Shown here in pieces: positions 36,684 through 45,688 of a stretch of DNA of 64,000 nt; the stretch's first letter is position 1; each line of letters starts with the position of its first letter. A model generated the notes under the pieces. It was given only the letters and a program-made list of their open reading frames with translations. It was not told the DNA's origin and did no database searches. Location of the stretch: contig DATKRB010000056.1 of assembly GCA_035532415.1 (NCBI GenBank), positions 11,435 through 75,434 of the forward strand, read 5' to 3'. This stretch comes from Acidimicrobiales bacterium. Its GTDB lineage: Bacteria; Actinomycetota; Acidimicrobiia; Acidimicrobiales; RAAP-2. A program made the position numbers and the translations under genes.

Positions 36684-36711
36684 GCGGTCGGCGGTCGGCG
36701 GTCGGCGGTCG
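36684..36711. repeat. 7-bp tandem repeat GCGGTCG x4
   Basis: Exact units in the convergent intergenic region. Confidence 0.95.
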
Positions 36712-36753
36712 GCCGGACACGATCCACCGCGCCGCCACCCCCGGACGAAGTCG

Positions 36754-37992
36754 TCAGGGGGTGGCGGCGCGGGGAACCGGGAAGGGCGGTACGCCTATCG
36801 TCCTCGCATGCTGCATGAGCAACGAGAAGGGCGGAGTGAGGTCGACGCCGTCGGGCTTGAAGAGATACCCGGGGGCGGCGCCGGGGATGCCGGTCACACC
36901 GAACTGCCAGACCACCTGGTTCGTCGCCGGATCGACCACGATGACCCGGTCGTTCCAGTCGTCGTTCAGGAGGACATCACCGTTGGGCAGCGGGAGCGCG
37001 AGAGAGGGCCGGTCCAGCGCGGCTGCCCCGGCGGGGGCGTAGCGCCACAGGACCCGGCCGCTCGCGTTGAACTCCTCGACCACGCCGGGCTTGGTATAGG
37101 CGACCGTGAGGAAGACCCCCGGCGACACCTCGTTCGTGTCCGAGGGGTAGGTGATCCCCGGCGGGTGTACCGACCAGAGGATACGGCCGCCCGGTGACAT
37201 CTCGTCCACCCAGTCGCCGTTGATCTCGGTGACCGACCAGTCGCCGTTGGTCATCGGGAACATCCCGTTCGGGCTGCCGAACCGCGTCGGCGGCTGATGC
37301 AGGCAGTAGGGGGTGGTCGCTCCGTACACGTGCACCGGAGCCAGATCGAACGGTGAGAGGTACAGGAGCCGGCAGTTCTTTATGTCCGCCGCGACGACGT
37401 TCCCGTCGGGCAGCAGCATCGCGTCGTCGGGGTTGTCGAGGTAGCCGGGGGCGGACCCCGGCGTCCCGAGGTGGCCGAAGCCCGAGACGAGGTGACCTCC
37501 CGGGACGGAGATCACCGATATGACGAACTGCGACTCCTCGGTGACGATGATGTGGTGGCCGTGAGGGCCGAAGAACGCGTCGTCGGGGGAGAAGTGCGCC
37601 GCATTCTGTCCGGCGCGGCCCGCCCGAGGGTACTGCCAGAGGATCCTGCCGTGGGGATCGACGAGCAGCAGGCGGGAATTGTTCCGGTCGGCGATCAGGA
37701 CCGGGCCCGGCAGCACCGCCGGGTTCGAGCCGGGAGCGAGGTGACCGGGAACCTTGCGGGCCGTCGCCTTGGCCTCGAGTCGAGCGTACCAAGTCGGATG
37801 CGCCGCGACCCGGTCGAGGCGTTGGCGGCGGACGACGGCGCCAACGCCATCAGGGCACGGCAACACCAGCACCCCGAGCACGGCGAGCACGGCCACGACT
37901 CCGGCCGCAGAGACGGCGAGCGCTGTGGCATGGCGCGGCGCGGGGACGCTTCGACAGGACGGCGTGGGGCCGCCGCTCACGGGGCTCCTCAC
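36754..37992 (-). CDS. membrane-anchored beta-propeller-like protein (NHL/arylsulfotransferase-like repeats)
   Basis: N-terminal TM AVSAAGVVAVLAVLGVLVL. Repeated blade-like motifs (IADRNNSRLLLVDPHGRILWQY, NDDWNDRVIVVDPATNQVVWQF). Confidence 0.6.
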   Translation of the reverse strand: MRSPVSGGPTPSCRSVPAPRHATALAVSAAGVVAVLAVLGVLVLPCPDGVGAVVRRQRLDRVAAHPTWYARLEAKATARKVPGHLAPGSNPAVLPGPVLIADRNNSRLLLVDPHGRILWQYPRAGRAGQNAAHFSPDDAFFGPHGHHIIVTEESQFVISVISVPGGHLVSGFGHLGTPGSAPGYLDNPDDAMLLPDGNVVAADIKNCRLLYLSPFDLAPVHVYGATTPYCLHQPPTRFGSPNGMFPMTNGDWSVTEINGDWVDEMSPGGRILWSVHPPGITYPSDTNEVSPGVFLTVAYTKPGVVEEFNASGRVLWRYAPAGAAALDRPSLALPLPNGDVLLNDDWNDRVIVVDPATNQVVWQFGVTGIPGAAPGYLFKPDGVDLTPPFSLLMQHARTIGVPPFPVPRAATP

Positions 37993-38183
37993 GTCCGGTC
38001 ACGCTCGGTCCGGGTTACAGCCGCCCGACCGGTCATGGCTCCTTTGTATTCGCTTTTCGCCCGCTGGTGGTGTCGCGGCCGCCGAGCCTTGATTGACCGA
38101 GAGGCCGCCCGACGGCATTCTCCCTGTTCGCCGCCGGTCCGAGCCGCGGCCACAGGAGGGAAGGCGGTCGGCAGAATGGTCCG

Positions 38184-39044
38184 GTGCCGAGGAGCCGGAT
38201 CCCGCCCACGGTCCACATGGCCGTCCCTGCGCCGCCGACCGTTGCTCGCGTGTCGGGCGTCTCGGACGGGATGGGAGATCGATCCCGGGAGACCGGTCGG
38301 CGGGAGCGAAGTGCTCCGGGAAGACGCGCGAGGCCCCGGATCCGGATCCGGAAGGTCGTCGTGACATTGGCCACCGGAGGCGGCGTGCTGATCTTCGCGT
38401 GTGTGGCGGGTGGTGCCGCGTTCTTGTGGACCCTTCCGAATGTCAGCAGCGCACCGGGCCGTGTCGGGGCGCTCGCGGCCGTGCATCACGCGACGCTCCA
38501 TCCCCTCCCACCGCCGACGAAGCTCGGAGACTCCACGGTGGCGGTCGAGGACGAGCACTTCTACTCCAACGTCTTCTTCGACGTGGCGGCAGGTGCGCTG
38601 CGGGCTGGGCTGGCAACGCTGCACCGAAGCGGTGATCCGGGAGGGAGCACGATCGCCCAGCAGCTGGCAAAGGCGCTGTACCCCCATGCACCCGGCGTCG
38701 GCGGCACGGTGGCCGAGATCGGGCTCGGCGTAAAGCTCGCGCTCACCTACTCCAAGGCGTGCCTTCTCGACATGTACCTCAACGTCGTGTACTTCGGGAA
38801 CGGCTACTGGGGAGCGGACGCAGCTGCCAAGGGCTACTTCGGGACAACTCCGGGAAGGCTCGACTGGGCAGAGGCATCGCTTCTGGCCGGCCTCCTTCAG
38901 GCGCCGTCTGCCTATGACCCGATCCATCACTACCGCCTCGCCAGGGAGCGACAGTCGCACGTCCTCGCTCAGCTGGTGGCGAACCACTACCTGACGGCGA
39001 CTCAGGCGCGAGCGGCGTTCGACACGCCCATTCCTTTGCGATGA
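38184..39044 (+). CDS. monofunctional peptidoglycan glycosyltransferase (GT51 transglycosylase domain)
   Basis: TM segment, then VAVEDEHFYSN (EDxxF), GGSTIAQQLAK (GGSTITQQ-like), YSKACLLDMYLNVVYFGNGYWG, LLAGLLQAPSAYDP. Start uncertain. Confidence 0.8.
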   Translation: MPRSRIPPTVHMAVPAPPTVARVSGVSDGMGDRSRETGRRERSAPGRRARPRIRIRKVVVTLATGGGVLIFACVAGGAAFLWTLPNVSSAPGRVGALAAVHHATLHPLPPPTKLGDSTVAVEDEHFYSNVFFDVAAGALRAGLATLHRSGDPGGSTIAQQLAKALYPHAPGVGGTVAEIGLGVKLALTYSKACLLDMYLNVVYFGNGYWGADAAAKGYFGTTPGRLDWAEASLLAGLLQAPSAYDPIHHYRLARERQSHVLAQLVANHYLTATQARAAFDTPIPLR

Positions 39045-39167
39045 TCGTGTCTGCGCCGATTGTCGAGCAGACCATGCTCACGGGCCTGCCGGTCGCGCAT
39101 CGTTGTGCGGACGATGGTCCGCCGGCTTGCGACCGCGCCGTGGGGCAGCGTGTGGTTGACTCGCACC

Positions 39168-40262
39168 ATGGGAGAGAGCGAGGGAGAGAGCGAGGGCGAG
39201 GGCGAGGGATCGCCCGGCGACGGCGTGTCCCGCTGCACGGACGACGAACTCGAGGACCTGATCCGGTTCCACTCCCGCGTGCAGCCCGAGCGCAGCCGAC
39301 CCCTCGATGCTGCGCGGATCCGATGGCTCTTCGGTGCGAACCCATGCCGGCCGGGTGATGAGCTGACGATGTGGGTATGCCGCCGCGGGGGCCACATCGT
39401 CGGAACCTACGGTGCCATCCTGGTTGACCTGAAGGTCGACAATGAGATGGTACCGGCGGCGTGGTCGGTTGATCTCCTCGTTGACGAGCGGTGGCGAGGC
39501 AGTGGAGCGGCCCAGGAGTTGGCAGATGCACGACGGCAGGCGCTCGGACAGCGGACATACTGCGCACTCGGGATCTCCGAAGCAGGGCATCGCTTCGCCC
39601 TGCGCCGGGGTTTCGTGGACATGCCCCCGATGTCGACATACGTTTGGCTCGCGGATCCAAGCCGACTCTGGCACGGCACTGCACCGAGGCTCGCTCGAAT
39701 GGTCCGGCCGCTGGCCCGGGCTGCGGTGGCGCCCGCGTATGGCCTGTGCCGGCTCCGTAGCCGCCGGATCGAGCTCGTACCGATCCAGTGCTTCGACGAA
39801 CGGGCTGACACGCTGTGGTGCCAACTGGCCCCGTCGTACCCGGCACTCGCCCGGCGCGACACCGAGTGTCTGCGGTGGCGCTTCGACTCATGCCCCGATA
39901 GCGCGAGTTATCAGCGATGGTACGTCTCGATCGGCGGGTTGATCGTCGGGTATGTCGTTACGCAAACGTTGCTCAGGAGCGAGGAGCCGTTCCTCTCGAT
40001 CGTCGACTACCTGGTCGCGCCCCACCATCTGGGTGCCCTGTTCGGATCGGTCGCACTCCGGGCACGTGCGGCGGGTGCTACCGGCGTGGTGTGCCGATCA
40101 CTGCATCTCAGGGCCAACCGGGCCCTCCGCTCCCTCGGGTACGTGAAGCGCCGGCAGGACGTGCGCTTCATGGTGATGAGCCGGGACAACGACCCGCTGC
40201 GCCCAGTGCTCCTCGATGCGAGCAGTTGGTTTGCCACCGGAGCCGATAGCGACGTCAACTGA
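39168..40262 (+). CDS. GNAT-family N-acetyltransferase-like protein with acidic SEGE repeat N-terminus
   Basis: VDLLVDERWRGSGAAQELAD (R/QxxGxG/A acetyl-CoA motif). ATG at 39168 is preferred over 39060. Confidence 0.65.
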   Translation: MGESEGESEGEGEGSPGDGVSRCTDDELEDLIRFHSRVQPERSRPLDAARIRWLFGANPCRPGDELTMWVCRRGGHIVGTYGAILVDLKVDNEMVPAAWSVDLLVDERWRGSGAAQELADARRQALGQRTYCALGISEAGHRFALRRGFVDMPPMSTYVWLADPSRLWHGTAPRLARMVRPLARAAVAPAYGLCRLRSRRIELVPIQCFDERADTLWCQLAPSYPALARRDTECLRWRFDSCPDSASYQRWYVSIGGLIVGYVVTQTLLRSEEPFLSIVDYLVAPHHLGALFGSVALRARAAGATGVVCRSLHLRANRALRSLGYVKRRQDVRFMVMSRDNDPLRPVLLDASSWFATGADSDVN

Positions 40263-40398
40263 ACGCCCCGAGTACCCGCACGCAGGGTGGGTAGCATCCG
40301 GACCTGCCCGGACGCGGTAATCCTCTCCTGTTGCCGTTGGTGATCGACGAGGAGATGCAAGACTCCATCCGCGGTCGCGTACGATCTACGCCTCACTA

Positions 40399-40421
40399 GT
40401 GCGGCGGCTTCGACGCCGCAC
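40399..40421. terminator. stem-loop GTGCGGCG-GCTTCGA-CGCCGCAC between convergent genes
   Basis: 8-bp perfect stem. No U-tract. Confidence 0.3.
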
Positions 40422-40594
40422 CCGGGGTACGGTCGCTCCGTCATGCCGCTTCGAGCCCGACCATGACACAGAGCGACATGTCCAGCGCTTCGGTCCGGCC
40501 CGCCGACCAGGGCGGCACTTCTGCTGTGGGCCGGGATGACGAACGTCGACAACCGGGCCCCGAATGCGGGACACACCGCTGGTAGCCGGTCTGG

Positions 40595-41920
40595 TCAGTC
40601 GACCGGCAACGTGACCTCGTCCGCCCGCGCCTTCATCGCGGGCGCGTGCTCGGGGCGTAGTGCGCCCGCTTGGATGAGCGCGTCCACAGCAGCGTGCCAC
40701 CGCCCAACGTACACAGCGTGACTCGGGTAGAGCCGGCGGAGCTCGTCGTGGGTGAACGGGCGGGCTGCGCCGAACAGCGGCGCCCTTCCGGTGCCGTGGG
40801 CCATGCCGTAGTACGCATGCGTGGGCACTTGGAGCTCGGGGAGCCTGATCCCGCCCACCGCGTTGCCGGAACCGTCGCGCCGGATGCTCGCGGGTGAGTC
40901 CGGGTCAAGGGCGATGCGCGGTTGCGGCGGTGCCGGCGTGCCGTGGGCGAGCCAACGGTGCACGGCGCGCAGCGCTGCCTCGTGCACCGGTTGGTAGCTG
41001 AGGCGGTTGACGACGCGTCCTCGGCTGTCAGGGTGGTCGCCGTGGCTCTGCGCGACACCGTGGGGTGTCCCCGCGACCTCCCAGACGCGCAGGTGATCGG
41101 TGTCGGCGGCGGAGATCGCCGCGAGGTGCGGGGTCTCGAACTCACTGTTGACGACGAGGACGGGTGTCGGGGTGTCGGTGCGAATGGACGTGCGGACCCC
41201 CATGGGGAGCGGGCCTTCCTCCGGCCGCGGTGCCCGGCCTTCCCATACCGACAGCAGGAAGCCGTCGAACACGCGCGTGAAGGGGTGGACCGCATTCAGG
41301 TAGGCGACGAGGCGCATCGCGGACTGCGAGCCACCCGTGGCGATGAGGCGTCGCACGTCGAGCCCGCCCATCGGGTCGACGTCGCCCGAACGCTCTGGGC
41401 CGACGACACGCCCGGCCTGGGTGAAGATGTCGAAGGATGCCGGATCGCCGGGGTGGAACAGCGATCCGTAACGCTGCGGATCGTGCTCCACGAGCGGACG
41501 GGCGCGGCGGCTGGCGAAGCGCTCCATGCCCGCGGGGAAGCCGTAGAGCCCGACCTCCTGGGCGCTGACGCCCACCCACGCGTAGCCGTCGAAGATCTCG
41601 TCGCCCGAAGGGCTGCCGATCTCGTACCCGGCCGACACGTTCTGCCAGTTCACCACGACGGTGCCGTTGAAATGCTCCGCTCGCTCCGGGCGCACGACGA
41701 GGATACGCGTGCGGTACGTCGCGTCAGCGACTTCCTCCACCGTCCACCGCCCGTCGATCGTGGCCTTTGTGCCCGGCGCGATCTGGTAGCCGACGACCGA
41801 GCCTTCGACCTGGTACTCCTCGACGACGTACCCCCGTGTGGCCACGTCTGCGCTCGGCGCACCCCACGGTGGTTGGGCGCCAAGGATCGGACCGACGACC
41901 GTCGGAGCGGGAGCGGACAC
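40595..41920 (-). CDS. alpha/beta-hydrolase-like protein of unknown function
   Basis: 441 aa. IATGGSQSAMRL resembles a nucleophile elbow (GxSxx). No closer assignment. Confidence 0.65.
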   Translation of the reverse strand: MSAPAPTVVGPILGAQPPWGAPSADVATRGYVVEEYQVEGSVVGYQIAPGTKATIDGRWTVEEVADATYRTRILVVRPERAEHFNGTVVVNWQNVSAGYEIGSPSGDEIFDGYAWVGVSAQEVGLYGFPAGMERFASRRARPLVEHDPQRYGSLFHPGDPASFDIFTQAGRVVGPERSGDVDPMGGLDVRRLIATGGSQSAMRLVAYLNAVHPFTRVFDGFLLSVWEGRAPRPEEGPLPMGVRTSIRTDTPTPVLVVNSEFETPHLAAISAADTDHLRVWEVAGTPHGVAQSHGDHPDSRGRVVNRLSYQPVHEAALRAVHRWLAHGTPAPPQPRIALDPDSPASIRRDGSGNAVGGIRLPELQVPTHAYYGMAHGTGRAPLFGAARPFTHDELRRLYPSHAVYVGRWHAAVDALIQAGALRPEHAPAMKARADEVTLPVD

Positions 41921-42114
41921 CGACCGATTCTCGCATACCCGTAAGTGCAGGAGCTGATCGCCGGCGCGGTTCGTGCAGGCAGCTGACGGCGGCCTTCTCC
42001 GGGGTCATCAGGATGGGGACTGGACCCGGGTGTTTCGAAGCTGCCGGTGGTGAAGGCCGACGTGGTGATCCAATTGTATCGGGTGGGTGTCGCTGAGCTG
42101 CTGGAGGTTGACGC

Positions 42115-42333
42115 CAAGTCGCTGTTGGCGACCAACCGAACCTCGTTTTTGCCGAGGGTCTCATCGACGTTGTCGACCTACACGTAGGGCAGGACGCCCG
42201 CGTCCCCGGCGGCGGGCATCTCGGGGATGAAGTGACCGATGACGTGGCCGGTGCCGTCCTCGAAGGCAGGCGAGTGGCCGTCGTCTCGGATGCTTCAGGT
42301 GAACACCGCTCGGTAGAAGGCCACTGAGCGCGC
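42115..42333 (-). pseudogene. VOC/glyoxalase-family gene remnant with in-frame stops
   Basis: Minus-strand reading gives ARSVAFYRAVFT*SIRDDGHSPAFEDGTGHVIGHFIPEMPAAGDAGVLPYV*VDNVDETLGKNE. TGA at 42295-42297 and TAG at 42178-42180 are in frame. No intact N- or C-terminus. Confidence 0.4.
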
Positions 42334-42334
42334 C

Positions 42335-42366
42335 GTCTGGTCTATTCGTGGTCTGGTCTATTCGTG
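42335..42366. repeat. 16-bp perfect tandem duplication GTCTGGTCTATTCGTG x2
   Basis: Copies at 42335-42350 and 42351-42366, at the edge of the VOC remnant. Confidence 0.95.
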
Positions 42367-42531
42367 GTCCGAGGTCAGATTTCGACCCCCACAGGGCAGC
42401 GCGAAACCCCATAGCAGGGCCCTGAACAGGACTGAGCGAGTGGCAGAAGACGATGTCCTATCCGAACCGGACTGAGCTACGAGAACGGCTGAGCTCGCTC
42501 TCTCCTTGTCGGTGCGTTCGGTAGCCGGCGG

Positions 42532-42915
42532 TCAGACGCGGATGACCTCGACACCTGGGATGGCGTCGTAGTCGCGGTCCTGGGTGACGACCGGCATCTG
42601 CTCTACGACTGCGGTTGCAGCCACCAGGGCGTCGAGGATGGGAACCCGACGTTGGCTGGTCCGCAGGGCAGCCACGATGCGGGCAAACTGACGCGCCACC
42701 TCGGCGTCGACGGGCAACGGGTCCCACGTCGACTCGACAGCGGAGAGCGTCGCCACTCGCGTCGCGCGGTCAGCGTCGTCTGCCATAAGCACGCCGACGG
42801 TGAGCTCGGCCAGGGTGACGACCGATACCTCGGTCTCGGTCACGCCATCCATCTCGCCGAGGGGTCGCCCCGACTCCGTCGCGACGAAGAACGACGTATC
42901 GAGCAGCGCCCTCAT
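42532..42915 (-). CDS. vapC: VapC-type PIN-domain toxin
   Basis: MRALLDTSFFV (N-terminal Asp), LAELTVGV, ILDALVAATAV, VVTQDRDYD. ATG at 42915 overlaps the antitoxin TGA (ATGA). Confidence 0.9.
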   Translation of the reverse strand: MRALLDTSFFVATESGRPLGEMDGVTETEVSVVTLAELTVGVLMADDADRATRVATLSAVESTWDPLPVDAEVARQFARIVAALRTSQRRVPILDALVAATAVVEQMPVVTQDRDYDAIPGVEVIRV

Positions 42916-43157
42916 GCGTCGTCTGTCGTGTCGGACAACACGCTCCGCACGTCCTTGAGGAGCCCTGAATCCGCGGCGTGACGAGAGGCGATGCTGAGCG
43001 CCTCGGCAGCCGGCACGGTTCGACGGCGACGCAGCGGCACGATTTCGGCGACCGGACGTCGATCGACCGTCACCGTCAGCCGTTCGCCGCCTTCGACCCG
43101 GCGCAACACCTCGCTCACGGTGTTTCGCAGGTCGCGGACGGAGATAGATGTTCCCAT
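42912..43157 (-). CDS. type II antitoxin, Phd/YefM family
   Basis: MGTSISVRDLRNTVSEVLRRVEGGERLTVTVDRRPVAEIVPL. ATG at 43157. The ORF-track extension to 43241 translates the tRNA fragment. Confidence 0.85.
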   Translation of the reverse strand: MGTSISVRDLRNTVSEVLRRVEGGERLTVTVDRRPVAEIVPLRRRRTVPAAEALSIASRHAADSGLLKDVRSVLSDTTDDA

Positions 43158-43192
43158 GGGTCCAGTGTAGCACATGTACCTACAAGTGGCCC

Positions 43193-43236
43193 GGTGGAGA
43201 CGACGGGACTCGAACCCACGACCCCCTGCTCGCAAA
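43193..43236 (-). repeat. 44-nt copy of the 3' half of tRNA-Ala (att-like direct repeat)
   Basis: GGTGGAGACGAcGGGACTCGAACCCACGACCCCCTGCTcGCAAA against 46195-46238 of the intact tRNA-Ala. 42/44 identical, same orientation. Confidence 0.85.
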
Positions 43237-43422
43237 CTCACCCCAGGGGTGTCCGCCGTGGTTCACGGCGGTCCGTCCATCCGCCTGACCTGGACCGTTG
43301 CCATGGGCCGACCGACGGCGAACTTCGGCGAATGACCCCGCGCGCGCGATGGACGCGCGAGGGAACGTTTTGTCGAGGGGAGCCGAAAGAAAAGTCAACA
43401 CCACAACCTCGGCACTATTGTT

Positions 43423-44448
43423 GTGTTAGCATTCAATGCCGTGGAACACAACGACTCCCGGCGGGGGCGCCCACCTCGCCGGCTCGTCTACCAACGTCTC
43501 GAGGAGGCCATTGCCGATCTCCGCGAACGCATGGGGGGCCTGCCGTCGCCGACCGAGGCAGAGGGCATCTGGACTTCGATCTGGCACCAGGAAGCCCATC
43601 ACTCCACCGCCCTCGAGGGCAACACCCTCGTCATCGCCCAGGTCGAGGCGCTCCTGGCCGAGGGGCGGGCCGTCGGAAACAAGGAGCTCAGGGAGTACAT
43701 GGAGGTGACCGGCTACGCCGACGCGGCGAAGTGGGTCTACGGCCAGGCCCTCGAGCCCGGAGACTGGACCTCGCGGGCGCCGCTCACGATGACCGAGATC
43801 CGCCACGTCCACGAGCTGGCCCTCGGCCCGGTGTGGGGTGTCGCCCCCCACCCCAACGCCACTTCCGAGGAGAAGCCGGGAAGCTTCCGGCGACACGATA
43901 TCGAGCCCTTCCCGGGCGGGATGGCCCCGCCGTCGTGGGTCGAGGTGCCTGCGGCCATGGTCGACTGGGTCGACTCGCTCCCGGCCGTCACCACCGCCGA
44001 CAGTCCCGTCGAGGCCATCGCCGTCGCCCACGCCGGCTTCGAGAGGACCCACCCCTTCCTCGATGGCAACGGGCGCACCGGCCGGCTCCTCTTGAACCTG
44101 CTCCTGGTTCGCCTGGGCTACCCCCCCGCCATCATCTACACCCGCGACCGCAACCGGTATCTCCGCGCCCTGCAGCGCGCCGACGGCGGCGATCCTGGAC
44201 CTCTCGGCGAGCTCATCGCCCGGTCCGTCACCGACAACCTCTACCGCTTCGTCGTCCCCGCCGTGGCCGGGCCCCACCGGTTGGTTCCCATCGTGGCACT
44301 GACGACGAAGACCCAGAGTGTGACCATGCTTCGCGCTGCCATCGAGCGCGGCCGCCTCAGGGCGCAGAAGGGACCGGACGGCCAATGGCGGAGCACCCGG
44401 GCATGGGTCGACGAGTACGTCGCCAGCAAGTACCAACGTCGGTCCTGA
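43423..44448 (+). CDS. fic: Fic-family protein (AMPylase-type), with N-terminal inhibitory motif
   Basis: HPFLDGNGRTGRLLLN (HxFx[D/E]GNGRxxR) and an upstream HSTALEGN matching [S/T]xxxE[G/N]. GTG start. Confidence 0.9.
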   Translation: MLAFNAVEHNDSRRGRPPRRLVYQRLEEAIADLRERMGGLPSPTEAEGIWTSIWHQEAHHSTALEGNTLVIAQVEALLAEGRAVGNKELREYMEVTGYADAAKWVYGQALEPGDWTSRAPLTMTEIRHVHELALGPVWGVAPHPNATSEEKPGSFRRHDIEPFPGGMAPPSWVEVPAAMVDWVDSLPAVTTADSPVEAIAVAHAGFERTHPFLDGNGRTGRLLLNLLLVRLGYPPAIIYTRDRNRYLRALQRADGGDPGPLGELIARSVTDNLYRFVVPAVAGPHRLVPIVALTTKTQSVTMLRAAIERGRLRAQKGPDGQWRSTRAWVDEYVASKYQRRS

Positions 44449-44582
44449 TCCAGCCGTGGCACGAGAGCGCGGCGGGCCGGACCCCTGCTTGGATCGAGGA
44501 CACGCGTCCCGAGATAGTTGCCGGTCCCGCCCCGCGACCGGTGGTCTCGAAGAACTGTAACCGTAGCTGGTAACATCTATTG

Positions 44583-44777
44583 GTGTCAAAGGTCCGTCGT
44601 GGCGGCTAGATCTTCATCGCATGGATCGGGGACCACAGCCCCCGTCATGTTTACGTGTACCGGGACGGCCGACCGGTGGTGAAGTGGGATCTGGACAACT
44701 GGCAGCCAATGAAGGGGCGGGCCAGCGCAAGGGTCGAGCAGCTGCTGAAGGAACTGGAGGAGGAAGGGAAGTTATGA
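44583..44777 (+). pseudogene. DUF4160-like small gene with premature in-frame TAG
   Basis: (V)SKVRRGG*IFIAWIGDHSPRHVYVYRDGRPVVKWDLDNWQPMKGRASARVEQLLKELEEEGKL. TAG at 44607-44609. Its TGA overlaps the ATG of the next gene (ATGA at 44774-44777). Confidence 0.5.
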
Positions 44778-45256
44778 AGATCTTGAGTGTTGCTGCCAAT
44801 AATCGTAAGCACGCGTTCGAGGTCCGGACGCGCCGCGAGACGCTCGTGCTTCCGTACTCCAAGACCGACCCTGCACCTCTGCCCACTGATCGGGTGGCAG
44901 AAGTCTTCGTGGACCCTGAGCTCGGTAACGAAGGATTCACCTACAGGCTGACTTCGGGCGCCGAAGGCAGCGTGCACGTCGACGCTGTGCTCGAGTACAA
45001 CGAGGATCCTTCCTTCATGGCTGAGCTGACGCTCTACCGGCTCACTCAGGATGCGCGCAAGAGGTTCGAGGCCTCGGGCCTCTCGGCCCGCGAGGTTGCG
45101 CGCTGGCTCGGCACCTCCCCGACTCAGCTCTACCGGCTTTTGGATCCTACGAACTATTCGAAGTCGGTACGGCAGCTGATCTCCCTTCTCTACGTCCTTG
45201 GCTGTGAGGTGGACGTCAAAGTGAGGGAGCGCCCGCGGCGCCCTATCGCCAGCTGA
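44774..45256 (+). CDS. hypothetical protein with C-terminal XRE-type HTH
   Basis: ATG at 44774 preceded by GGAGGAGGAAGGGAAG. HTH: SAREVARWLGTSPTQLYRLLDPTNYSKSVRQLISLL. Confidence 0.65.
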   Translation: MKILSVAANNRKHAFEVRTRRETLVLPYSKTDPAPLPTDRVAEVFVDPELGNEGFTYRLTSGAEGSVHVDAVLEYNEDPSFMAELTLYRLTQDARKRFEASGLSAREVARWLGTSPTQLYRLLDPTNYSKSVRQLISLLYVLGCEVDVKVRERPRRPIAS

Positions 45257-45688
45257 CGTACATCCTGCGAGCCATCGCTCCGAGTGACCTTCGAATACTT
45301 GCCCTGACCACCGACCAACGAATATCCCCGGCACACGCCGAATGACGGCTCGAGCTTGTTGCCGTCCCCGGCGGAACGGCCGGTTCCAGCAGCAGGTGAA
45401 TCTGTCTTGGCGAGCACCCCCGACGTGCCGTTCTGCGCTCCTCCTGTGATGCTGACGGTCGTCGTTCTGGTGCAATGTTCGGTGCGTACTGGCAAACGAC
45501 AGCTTTCCGCCGATGATCCCGGAGAGCCATCCTCCATCACTGGCACAGCACGCTTCGGGTCCTCGATCTTCTCCATCGTCGGCCCTACGCTTTCAGGACA
45601 CACCACTTGGCAGGTGCTCCTTGTGCTGGGGACCGATGTGGCGTCAGCACCTACATCGTCCCAGGTAGAGGAGCACTTTCCGCGTAAA

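Noticed and set aside
40007-40576. 189-aa minus-strand ORF in the GNAT/hydrolase convergent region
   Set aside because: It overlaps the 3' end of the GNAT gene in antisense, and the remainder lies in a lower-GC intergenic stretch with no motifs.
42912-43241. N-terminal extensions reading ...GGRGFESRRLH (and 46016..46237 ...GGRGFESHRLH, 43180..43404)
   Set aside because: These peptides are translations of the tRNA-Ala T-arm or its 44-nt copy, not protein-coding sequence.
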